A stretch of 64,000 nt of DNA from positions 32,001-96,000 of IMG/VR virus record IMGVR_UViG_3300008117_000010. One strand, written 5' to 3'. Shown here piece by piece: positions 27,304 through 37,032 of this stretch. The DNA comes from a virus. The stretch's first letter is position 1, and the number at the start of each line of letters is the position of its first letter. The position numbers and the translations under genes are program-made. Below the pieces are notes generated by a model. It had not been told where the DNA came from, made no database searches, and saw nothing but the letters and a program-made list of their open reading frames with translations.

Positions 27304-30300
27304 TGGCTGAAGTAAATAGTACTCCAAATACTTTTGAAGTAAAAAGTGATTCAGGAAATACAATTAATGTTATTCCAAAAACACCAAGTACTTCATCCTC
27401 TAAATTATATGATGAACAAGCAACAGTTGGTAATAGTGTAAGTGGACCTAATCCTTCACCTACAGGTGTATCATCTACTGATCGTCTTAATAATGCGGTA
27501 TTAAAAATAAAAGATACTACCGATCCATATGCATATGCTAAACCATCAGCTTTTAATTCAACTCATACAGGATTAAACTTTGATAGATATTCAAATCATA
27601 GTCAATTTAGAAATTTAGGATTCAGTCCCTTTAGGGATAATGAAACTATTTATAATAATAATAGTTCATGGTTTGATGATTTTGGAAGAGCAGCGAGTCA
27701 ATATGGAACATTGTTTTCTGCAGGTGCAACATCCCTTTTTAAAAACTGGGGTTCATTAAGTAATACCACTCCAGACTTTGATTCTGCAAATACTATGGAA
27801 AAAGCCATGGCAATTGGTAGTTCTAGTAAATCAGGATTTGGAGCAAGCTTTACAAATTTCTTTTTAAATTCAGCATACACTGTTGGTGTAATTGCAGAAA
27901 TAGCTGCAGAAGAAATTGCACTTGGATTAGCAACGGGTGCATCTGGTGGTGGTGCTGCACCAGCAGCACTAACAAGAACAGGATTAAATATTGGTCGATT
28001 TACAAAAGCAATTGGTCAATTATTTAAAGGTGCAAATAATATTTCTACCGCTCGTAAAGTTTGGAATGTTGCAAAAAAGATAACACCCTTTGGTGATACT
28101 GCTGATTTAGCACGTGGATTAATAAAAGGAGAACGTGCAACATTAAGAGGAATTTATAAAGACTATAACTCTCTAGATAATTTTGCAAAATCAAAAGCAT
28201 TATTTGGTCAATTCTATCGTGATGTACGCGAAATAAATGCTGCCTCATCAGAATCTAAATTAGAAGCAGGAATGGTTAGTAATGAAGTTTCTGCTAAACT
28301 AATTGATGAATTCTACAGAGATAATGGTAGAATGCCTAACTTTAATGAATCACAAGTTATTCATAGTCAAGCACTTCAAGCTGGATCAGAAGCATATTTA
28401 TATAATATGCCTGCTATATACTTTAGTAATAAATTAGTTTTAGAAGGTGCTCTAAAAGGTATTAAACCTTTTAGATCAATAATGAATAAAGTACCTAATA
28501 ATCTTAGACCTGTTATTAAAACCGTGGATGGTAAAAAAACAGCAAAGGTTTATGATATGAATAATATCAAGAGTTATTTAAATCTTGATTCAATAAGAAT
28601 GTTAGGTAAAGCTTTACGTCCTAAAAATTTAGTTGGTACTGGTATCAGATATACTAGTGCAAATTTTGCAGAAGGTTTACAAGAAGTTTATCAAGAATCA
28701 TTATCTGCTGGACTTATAGATCACTATACAAATAAAAACTTTGGTCAAGAACGTCTTGGTCAAGCTGGATTATTAAATAGTTTAAGATTAGGTGCAGCAG
28801 AACTTGATAAGCAAAATATGGCTTTAGAAACATTTTTATCAGGTTTCTTTATGGCAGCTCCTATTGGAGGACTTCAAACAATTGCATTTAAGAAAGCTCC
28901 TAGATTATATCAAAAATATAGAAATCCAGAAAAGTATAAGCAATATATTGATGATAGAAAAAATGCAATTACAAAATTAGAAAATTCATTAAATGCAATT
29001 ATTAATGATCCAGCAAAATTTGCAAATGATTTTTATGCAAATGCAACTGAACAAAATAATTTAATTACAAGACAATTAGAATCAGAAGAAGCAGGAGATA
29101 TCGCCGGAGCAAAGAATATTAAAGAGCAATCTTTCTTTGAGCATGTTCACACTTTACTTAAACATAACATGCTTGATGAGTTTCAAACTCAAATGCGTGA
29201 TTTATTAAAGTTAGATGATACTTCATTAAAAGAAGCATTTGGTAATGGTCGTGAAAGCATAGAAGGGGATTCATTTAATGCTGGATTACGTGATCGTATA
29301 AATAAAGCTATATCACGTGCAGATCGTCTTAAAGAAAGATATGAAGAATCAAATGAAAAGTTTGTTAATGATTATAATCCAGATACTGAACGTGATTTAT
29401 ATGAGGCATTTGAAGAAGGAAAGAAAGCCTATTTATTTAATGAGTTTATGTTTGAACGAGTTGGCTCTAGAATACAATCAATGACTGGTTCATTAGCTAG
29501 TAATCCAAAACTATCACAAGTATTAGGTGGTGATATTGCAATATTATTTGATACAACTGCAGGAGGAGCATTACAAAGCAAAATAAAAAACTTAGAATCT
29601 GAAATTAAAATATACGAACAAGCAACTACAGCCGAAGACAAAGAAATTTTAAAACAAAAACAAGAAGAATACGAAGGGTTAAATACTTGGTATTCAGCTA
29701 TAACTGCATTTGAAAGAACATATGATGAAAGTGTTAAGTTAGAAAACTTTGATCCAAGCAAAGCAGAAAAATTTGTATTACAATTTCCAAAGGGATCTCC
29801 TATTGAATATACAAATACTAAAGGTGAAAAGGTTGAAGGTAAATTTGTAGGTGTATTAGGTAAAAATATATTAATTGAAATAGTAAATAAGAAAGGTAAA
29901 AAACAAAGAGTTGCAGTAGATAGATCAAAAACTGCATTTATGGGTGAGCAAGATATTGATTTATCAGCTCAAGAAATACAGTTTGGTGATCAAACTACTT
30001 TAGTAGATTCAATGGTTTATATGCTTGAAGCTTTATTTGGGCAAGTAGATAGCAGTTTTCAAATTAAAGGTATTGAACCATTAAAAGGATATCTTAATAC
30101 TCTTGCTGGACCCAATGGTCTTAATATGACCAAAGATGAAATGGGTGAGATATTTGCTAATGTTTTAGACATTGTGCGTTTAAGAAAAGATTCAGCACGA
30201 CACATTAATGCATTAAATATATTAACTGATCCTGATTACTTTAATTCAAATGTTGAAAAAATTGGCCAATTAATTAGTACAGCAAATCGCTTAGCTAAAA

Positions 30301-33300
30301 TAAAAGTAAAAGCTATGCTGGATGATTATGAAAGAATGATGGATAATCATCACTTACTACAAGAACTTTATGAGATTGGAATATTTTTAGATCCAAATAA
30401 CGTTGATGCTCTTGTTAATAAAAATAAAATACCATCAAGTTTTTATGCAGCAACAAATCTACCAAACATTCCTGAACTAACACAAATTGATCCTAGTAAT
30501 CCTCAGCACAAAGATATATATAATAAAATCTTAGAAGTTCTAGAATCATATGAGGCTTTAAAAGGAATTGAGTTTGTAGGTAAAGTTGATCCTACAGCAA
30601 TTAGTCAAACAATTCCTTTAGGACAACAGTTTCAAAAACAAAAAGGTGATGAAAGAACTATTCTTGATTTAGCTACTGAATATGGATTTAATAAAGATAA
30701 TCCTACAGATATAAGTGCAAAGGAGTTATTACAAAAAATAATAGACAGTCAATTTGGTTATTTACCTGATAAACAATTAGCACGTAGATTATTATCTGTT
30801 ATAAAAGATGATATTAATATTAGCTTTAATAGAAACCATCCTGTCGCAGTATCATATGATACTACTAACGGTATAGTAATCAATCCTAATTTCAGTGCTG
30901 CTAATTACAGAACTGGAATATTAAATATTGAAAAAGTTATTCTTAATGGATTGATGCAAAAGTTAGTTAATGATAATTTAACTAATGCAAAATTTAAAGC
31001 AGATATTGAAAATATTAAAACCAAGGTTCAAGAAGCTATTGTTAGTGGTAAATTAAATGCTATTATTGAACAGCTTGAACAACAATGGAATGTTGTATTT
31101 CCAAAAAATGAAAAAGGAGATATTATTATTGATGATGTAGTTGGATTAAAAAGCATTGAACAGTTTGTTGCAATGGCAATGACTGATCTCTCATTTCAAT
31201 CTATACTAGCTAATACAATTACTGAAGAAACAAATAAAAGTGTATGGCAAGAATTTTTGGAGTCACTCAGAAACTTGCTTGAACAAATAACTGGATTATA
31301 TAAAGGTGGTAATGCATTAGAAGAAACATTAAGAATTACTTCTACTGCAATACTTGGTGAACAAATAACTGAAACTCAAACAACTGCTGAAGAAATAAAT
31401 GTCGCTACACCTTTACAACAACTACCAGAAGATTTAACAGATGCACTTAATGTTGCATGGAATGAATTATCACCTGAAGATAAACAAAGTTACGGTAGCA
31501 TTGATTCATGGATTCAAGGTTCATCTGCAGCAGCAACCATAATTAATAATTATAAAAAGAAGAAAGAAAAGAAAGAAGTTGGAGATGATAAAAAAGGATT
31601 GATACAAAATACATTAACAGTTGCACAGTTAAGTTATCTTAGAAATAAGTCGGGATTAGAAGAGAGTGACATATTTTCTATGGAACTTCCCGAGTTAATT
31701 GAAATTGTTAATGGTAAATTTAGAGTTCTTGCTCCAAATGAAAATCAAAATTTAACTAGTGCCCAATTACAAGAAGGAAGAATAATCAAAACCTTCAATG
31801 GAATTACAATGACTAATGTTCCTATTGGAACGCAAAATGTTGTAAATCCTGCAGTTCAACAACAACTCGTACAAATTGGTTCAAAGCTAGAAGCAATCTT
31901 TTCTAATGTATTAGGTAGAGGAGATGCTTCAAAAGTTGCACTTCTAAAAAATCAAGCAAAAGCGGTTGGTGATAATATTATAAATCAAATTAAACAGATC
32001 TATAATATTAATCAATTACAATATGATGAGAATATTAGTTCTAAAATAAGAACACTTTTAAGTGATCCTAGTAAATATTTCTTTCGAGTAACAAGTCTAA
32101 ATAATATTGTTGAAGAAATAAGAAAATCAACAAAAGATAATATTCAAGCTAAACTTAGTGAAGCTATTGAAAAAGTTTTAAAAGAACCAGACTTAAGCGA
32201 AACTTCAAAAAATTATACAGATAGAGGAACAGTTATAGATGAGTTTTTTAGAATGGGTTTACGTGGTATGTTAGACCAAGAAATTAATGACACATATGTT
32301 AATCGATTATTAGATCTCGCATATCAAAATGTTCAATCTAAACTTAATGTTCAAACGCCTATTATCTTTTCAGATAAATTTAAAAAGGATTTAACTAAAA
32401 CATTAAAGCATGTTGTTGATTACATGCGTATTAATAATTATCGTGCATTAACAGATACTAATGAGCTCTTTGGATCTATAGGTATAATTCCTGTTAGTGG
32501 TCAAGTAGACTTAGTGCTCTATAATGATAAAGGTGATTTATTGATTTTAGATATTAAAACAATGATGCCTAAAAATGATAGAGCTAAATTTAAAGGGTAC
32601 GCAGAATCATTTGAAGAAACATTAGTTGAAGATAGAGTAGGTTATGTAGAAAAAGATACAGCACAATTAAACATCTATAGAGAGTTAATACAATCTTTAG
32701 TTGGTACTGAACTCAATAAGAACAATATGAGAATTCAAGGAATGGGTATTCTGCCTTTACTTGTTAATATGTCTATTGCGGGTAATGGTACTAGAACTAT
32801 CAGTTCAATTGAAATATCTCCTAGCGTAAGTAATGTCAACAATAAAAATAAACCTATTGGTTTATATATTCCTATAATAGAAAAGACAACAGTTGAATTA
32901 TTCCCAGAACTTTATCCACAAGCTCCACCTGCTACAGGTATTGATGCAACTGAATTAGCTCGAAGAAAAAAATTAGTTGGATGGACCGCATCATATGAAC
33001 TAGCTACAATTGCAAAAAGAGAAGGTATAGATTTATCTAAATTATCTAGAGAAGAATATGCTAACTACGCTATTAAAAACGGATTAAAAATAGATGACTC
33101 ACAGCTTAGAACAAATCCTAAACATAGAAATGCAACTAGTTCACAAGAGGTAGGAGAGATGCTGAAAGCTGATAGAGCATCATTATCTGATGTAACAAAG
33201 AAAGCATTTAATTCTTTTTACAATGCAATAATGGCTATTGTGAATAAACCTCAAGCAGAGAGGTACTTAGCTCAAAATGTAAGACTATATTCAGATACTA

Positions 33301-36300
33301 AAAATTCTAACTCATGGTTATACTTTGGTATAAATAATGGAACTAATACCAATGAATCTTTTACTCATAAAAGTTATTTCTCATTAAAAAATTTAAATGA
33401 TTTTTCTCCAGAACTTTTTAGAGACTTTATGATAGAGCTTCAAAAAAGAGGTTATAATGGAGGAGTTAAAATATTTCAAGATTTAGAAGTTCAAGGTCCT
33501 GCTTTAAGTGATCAGGTAGTAATGCATGGTTATTCAGAAAATGATGCTAAACTAGCTTTACAAGTAGCTAAAGAGTTTTATGGAGATAAAATATTAGAAT
33601 CATCTTATGGTAAAGATGAAGTTATAAACGGTAAAAATATGTCTTATAGTCAAATTCTTTCTGATAAAATAAAAGAAAGAGTTGACTCTGGAAATACACA
33701 ACCATTAGAAGGAACTACACCACCACCAGCAGCTCCTGTTGTTGATGTTGTAACTGTTTATCATCATACAAATGTAAAACCTGAAGATTTTAATTTTGGA
33801 ACTTTTCAAAGAGGTAAAGAACAAGTTAGCCAATTTGGTGATGGTTTAAACGCATCTTCTACAACTACTCCTTTTTTAGTCCAGAGATACGGTCAGCCAA
33901 TACAAGGAGAAATTAAAGATTCTGATTTTATTGTAATTGATGCTAATAAAACAGAGAAAGAACTGTATAACGAACTTAGAGCTAAAGGATATAATTTTAA
34001 TAATCCAGCTACAGGTTCTTATATTGGAAATGATCCAGCTAAAGAATATGATGGAACTGAAAAAGCAAATGAACAACCTGCCATAATATCTTTATTTAAT
34101 GATTTTCAAAAATCTAATCCTGAAGTAAAAGGAGTTAAAGTTGTAAATCATATTATTGGTAATCAAAAAGTTGATCCTTTTTACGTCATATATGATGCTA
34201 AGTCATTTTATGGACCAGGTTCATTATCTAAAAAAGCTCCTGTTTCTGATCAAGCTAAGAAAGCTGATATAGAAATAGGCAAAATAGCAAACACAGAATA
34301 TGAAGTTAAATCTGATGGAGTTTATTATCAAGGTAAAAAACTTAATAATCCTCAAAATAAAACACACAGACAACTTATTGAAACTGATATAGAAAGAAGA
34401 AAACAATCAGAGCTTAAGTTTTATACTGGAAATGATTTAAAACAACAAATAACAGACCTTCTAAATTCTGAAGTACCAGTTCCTGAAATAACTGTAAAGA
34501 TTAATAATCCTCTTTGGAATAAGCAAAGAGCTGCACAATTAGAAGCTTTAGATAATAATGCAAGAATACCAAAAAAAATAATCAGAGCTGCGTTTATAAA
34601 CACACAGTTTATTGTTAATGGTGAAAAATATATTATTGAAAAAGATTCTAAGTATGCTTATAGTAATGTAAGAAAAGAGTCTAATAATGAGATTATAGGT
34701 AAAATAACTGATGGTGGATATGATTATGATGGTGAAACAATAAACAAAGATGCTTTCTTAAAACTCTTAAAAAATGTAGATTCTCCTAAGATTAGTGAGT
34801 TCATGGAGAATAAAATTAACGCTAAGTATAAAGCAGAACTAGCTGCTTTAGAAGGAGCTAAATCTACAACTCCTGTTTCTGATATAGAAAGAAGAAGACA
34901 AGAGTCTATAAACTCTATTGTAGAAACTTATAATAAGGGAAATGATTTAATTATAGGAAATGCAATAATTACTAAAGCAGATGGTACTACAGAATCAATA
35001 TCTGATTTAAAAGATGTTGTTACAACCGGAGATCCTTTTCAAAGATTAAAAGATAAAATTAATTCTAGATACAAAGAACTAGCTGCTTTAGAAGCTTCTG
35101 TTTCTAATGTAGAAGTTAAAAATACTATATCAAATGGTGATAAAATTATTAGTGTACAAACAAAACCTGTTACAGATGAAATAACAGATACAGCAGAAGA
35201 TTTATTTATTCTTCCAGACAATAATCCAGAAGGTAGAATCCATATAAATATGGAACCCTTAAAAGATATTTTAGTTGTTCCAAATAATACTCTGACTATT
35301 ATAGACAAAAAAACAGGTAAAGAAATAATTAATAAAGAGCTTAATCCAGAGGGAGCTGTAATATTTGAAGCTATGCAAGGAAGACTCTTTGTTGTAGCTA
35401 ATATTAATGGACAACTCGTTCCATTTTATAAATCATCTGCAGGTACATCTGGTAAAACACAAGGTGCTTGGTATCCTTTCTTTGGTTATACAGGAGCTTG
35501 GTTAGTAAAAGGAGGTATTGATAAAGCTACTGGTAAAATGTCTTATTCTCCTGAGATTGATAAAGTTACAGATCTTTTAAATGAAAATTTAGTATTTCCT
35601 GATAAGTATATAGACAGAGCTACAAATAGTATAAAAAATACAAAAGGTGAGATAATTATTGATATGAACCAAGCTTTCAAAGTAAATAGACTTTGGCAAA
35701 AAGAGTTTGGATCTCAAACAGGTACAGGAACTAATTATGAAATAAAAGGGTTAAAAGAAAATACAAGAAGTGAATCAGGACTAGTTGCTCTTATTACAGG
35801 ACTGAATACTACAGAATTAGATAGTTCTAAAACACCAAAAGAAAACTCTGAGTGGTTTAATCTTATAAGTAAAAATGCAGAACTAGCTACTTCAGAAGGT
35901 AAAAAAGAAGAACCCATACCAAGTATTATTAATAGTAAAACATTAAGAGATAATAAAATCATTTACATATCACCAGTATTAACTATTCCTAATGAAATTA
36001 AAGATGATAGTGCAGTATTGTTTTATGATGATTATGCAATTGCAGCAATTAATAATTTAGGATTTTTAAAGGAAGCTGTAACTCGTGATAATTATTATCA
36101 AGTTATTAATGATGTCTTTTATAGTGGCGGATATACATCAGAACAAGTATTAGCATTTAGAAATGCTATAAATGAGACAGCATATAATTCAATAATTAAT
36201 GCATTAAATGAATCTCCTGAAAAAGTTATTATTACAAGTAATATAACATTTTTAGATGCTAGAGCAAAAGATGTATCAATTGCTATTGTATATGATAATA

Positions 36301-37022
36301 TTGAAGAGTATCCACAAAAGAAATTAGCCGTACTAGAACAAACTTTTAAGAAACAAAATCGTTTACGAGTTGCAGATTCAAAGAATATTGTCGATATTCT
36401 TGATAAGGACTTAGATACACTTCCAAGTCAAAGAAAGGAAACAGTTAAAATATCTGGTGAGAATTATGAATCATGGATAAAAACTGCTGAACTACCTTCT
36501 TTGTTTTTATTAATTAATGAAATAGATTCAATGGAAGATCTTGATTTTCAATTTGAAAAAACAGATTTAGGTAATTTATCGGAAAAAAATTATCTTTATC
36601 TATTAGTTCGAAATGAAATCATTAGTAGAATGAAAAAGGGTATTGTAGATAAAAAGACATTAAAGAGTTTAGCACCTGCAGGTTCAGTAGTTATAATGGA
36701 AAATAGTCAGCTTTATCCTAGAGGATTTGGGTATGTTACAAAATCAGGCAATGTTATGCCTTTATATCCTGAACAATCTTCAGGAGATACTGATTTTAAA
36801 ACATATGGTAAAGCCCCATCTAGTTCTAATAAAGTAATTGCAATAATGCAATCTATGGAATTAGGTGAAGGAGAAACTACCACTGATGAAAATATACAAG
36901 CAAAAGAAAACTTAGAATCAATAAAAGGTAATCCTTTATCTACTGATGAGCTTAGTGAAATTGCTAATAACCCAGAGGATATAACAGATGCCCTAAATAA
37001 TTTTAAAGATAATCTTTGTTAA
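27303..37022 (+). CDS. Giant polyvalent virion protein (membrane-like N-region, PD-(D/E)XK nuclease, variable effector cassette)
   Basis: 3239 aa with an Ala/Gly-rich hydrophobic segment (27873-27971), GQVDLVL...LDIKT...QLNIY, and repeats ADIERR / ELAALE. Coupled to the previous gene by TAATG. Confidence 0.7.
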   Translation: MAEVNSTPNTFEVKSDSGNTINVIPKTPSTSSSKLYDEQATVGNSVSGPNPSPTGVSSTDRLNNAVLKIKDTTDPYAYAKPSAFNSTHTGLNFDRYSNHSQFRNLGFSPFRDNETIYNNNSSWFDDFGRAASQYGTLFSAGATSLFKNWGSLSNTTPDFDSANTMEKAMAIGSSSKSGFGASFTNFFLNSAYTVGVIAEIAAEEIALGLATGASGGGAAPAALTRTGLNIGRFTKAIGQLFKGANNISTARKVWNVAKKITPFGDTADLARGLIKGERATLRGIYKDYNSLDNFAKSKALFGQFYRDVREINAASSESKLEAGMVSNEVSAKLIDEFYRDNGRMPNFNESQVIHSQALQAGSEAYLYNMPAIYFSNKLVLEGALKGIKPFRSIMNKVPNNLRPVIKTVDGKKTAKVYDMNNIKSYLNLDSIRMLGKALRPKNLVGTGIRYTSANFAEGLQEVYQESLSAGLIDHYTNKNFGQERLGQAGLLNSLRLGAAELDKQNMALETFLSGFFMAAPIGGLQTIAFKKAPRLYQKYRNPEKYKQYIDDRKNAITKLENSLNAIINDPAKFANDFYANATEQNNLITRQLESEEAGDIAGAKNIKEQSFFEHVHTLLKHNMLDEFQTQMRDLLKLDDTSLKEAFGNGRESIEGDSFNAGLRDRINKAISRADRLKERYEESNEKFVNDYNPDTERDLYEAFEEGKKAYLFNEFMFERVGSRIQSMTGSLASNPKLSQVLGGDIAILFDTTAGGALQSKIKNLESEIKIYEQATTAEDKEILKQKQEEYEGLNTWYSAITAFERTYDESVKLENFDPSKAEKFVLQFPKGSPIEYTNTKGEKVEGKFVGVLGKNILIEIVNKKGKKQRVAVDRSKTAFMGEQDIDLSAQEIQFGDQTTLVDSMVYMLEALFGQVDSSFQIKGIEPLKGYLNTLAGPNGLNMTKDEMGEIFANVLDIVRLRKDSARHINALNILTDPDYFNSNVEKIGQLISTANRLAKIKVKAMLDDYERMMDNHHLLQELYEIGIFLDPNNVDALVNKNKIPSSFYAATNLPNIPELTQIDPSNPQHKDIYNKILEVLESYEALKGIEFVGKVDPTAISQTIPLGQQFQKQKGDERTILDLATEYGFNKDNPTDISAKELLQKIIDSQFGYLPDKQLARRLLSVIKDDINISFNRNHPVAVSYDTTNGIVINPNFSAANYRTGILNIEKVILNGLMQKLVNDNLTNAKFKADIENIKTKVQEAIVSGKLNAIIEQLEQQWNVVFPKNEKGDIIIDDVVGLKSIEQFVAMAMTDLSFQSILANTITEETNKSVWQEFLESLRNLLEQITGLYKGGNALEETLRITSTAILGEQITETQTTAEEINVATPLQQLPEDLTDALNVAWNELSPEDKQSYGSIDSWIQGSSAAATIINNYKKKKEKKEVGDDKKGLIQNTLTVAQLSYLRNKSGLEESDIFSMELPELIEIVNGKFRVLAPNENQNLTSAQLQEGRIIKTFNGITMTNVPIGTQNVVNPAVQQQLVQIGSKLEAIFSNVLGRGDASKVALLKNQAKAVGDNIINQIKQIYNINQLQYDENISSKIRTLLSDPSKYFFRVTSLNNIVEEIRKSTKDNIQAKLSEAIEKVLKEPDLSETSKNYTDRGTVIDEFFRMGLRGMLDQEINDTYVNRLLDLAYQNVQSKLNVQTPIIFSDKFKKDLTKTLKHVVDYMRINNYRALTDTNELFGSIGIIPVSGQVDLVLYNDKGDLLILDIKTMMPKNDRAKFKGYAESFEETLVEDRVGYVEKDTAQLNIYRELIQSLVGTELNKNNMRIQGMGILPLLVNMSIAGNGTRTISSIEISPSVSNVNNKNKPIGLYIPIIEKTTVELFPELYPQAPPATGIDATELARRKKLVGWTASYELATIAKREGIDLSKLSREEYANYAIKNGLKIDDSQLRTNPKHRNATSSQEVGEMLKADRASLSDVTKKAFNSFYNAIMAIVNKPQAERYLAQNVRLYSDTKNSNSWLYFGINNGTNTNESFTHKSYFSLKNLNDFSPELFRDFMIELQKRGYNGGVKIFQDLEVQGPALSDQVVMHGYSENDAKLALQVAKEFYGDKILESSYGKDEVINGKNMSYSQILSDKIKERVDSGNTQPLEGTTPPPAAPVVDVVTVYHHTNVKPEDFNFGTFQRGKEQVSQFGDGLNASSTTTPFLVQRYGQPIQGEIKDSDFIVIDANKTEKELYNELRAKGYNFNNPATGSYIGNDPAKEYDGTEKANEQPAIISLFNDFQKSNPEVKGVKVVNHIIGNQKVDPFYVIYDAKSFYGPGSLSKKAPVSDQAKKADIEIGKIANTEYEVKSDGVYYQGKKLNNPQNKTHRQLIETDIERRKQSELKFYTGNDLKQQITDLLNSEVPVPEITVKINNPLWNKQRAAQLEALDNNARIPKKIIRAAFINTQFIVNGEKYIIEKDSKYAYSNVRKESNNEIIGKITDGGYDYDGETINKDAFLKLLKNVDSPKISEFMENKINAKYKAELAALEGAKSTTPVSDIERRRQESINSIVETYNKGNDLIIGNAIITKADGTTESISDLKDVVTTGDPFQRLKDKINSRYKELAALEASVSNVEVKNTISNGDKIISVQTKPVTDEITDTAEDLFILPDNNPEGRIHINMEPLKDILVVPNNTLTIIDKKTGKEIINKELNPEGAVIFEAMQGRLFVVANINGQLVPFYKSSAGTSGKTQGAWYPFFGYTGAWLVKGGIDKATGKMSYSPEIDKVTDLLNENLVFPDKYIDRATNSIKNTKGEIIIDMNQAFKVNRLWQKEFGSQTGTGTNYEIKGLKENTRSESGLVALITGLNTTELDSSKTPKENSEWFNLISKNAELATSEGKKEEPIPSIINSKTLRDNKIIYISPVLTIPNEIKDDSAVLFYDDYAIAAINNLGFLKEAVTRDNYYQVINDVFYSGGYTSEQVLAFRNAINETAYNSIINALNESPEKVIITSNITFLDARAKDVSIAIVYDNIEEYPQKKLAVLEQTFKKQNRLRVADSKNIVDILDKDLDTLPSQRKETVKISGENYESWIKTAELPSLFLLINEIDSMEDLDFQFEKTDLGNLSEKNYLYLLVRNEIISRMKKGIVDKKTLKSLAPAGSVVIMENSQLYPRGFGYVTKSGNVMPLYPEQSSGDTDFKTYGKAPSSSNKVIAIMQSMELGEGETTTDENIQAKENLESIKGNPLSTDELSEIANNPEDITDALNNFKDNLC
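34237..35898 (+). repeat. Dispersed direct repeats bracketing insert domains
   Basis: AGAACTAGCTGCTTTAGAAG is exact at 34835 and 35075 and 18/20 at 35879. CTGATATAGAAAGAAGAA is exact at 34384 and 34879. CTCCTGTTTCTGAT occurs at 34237 and 34870. Confidence 0.85.
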
Positions 37023-37032
37023 TTAAAAAACT

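Noticed and set aside
34237-35898. CRISPR array or DGR template/variable repeats
   Set aside because: The repeats are short, irregularly spaced and in-frame coding. There is no adenine-specific mismatch pair and no reverse transcriptase or cas gene.
35950-36420. P-loop kinase-like domain (KIIYISP...VIITSN) near the end of the 3239-aa protein
   Set aside because: The Walker A GKT/S is absent. At most a degenerate remnant, not supportable by eye.
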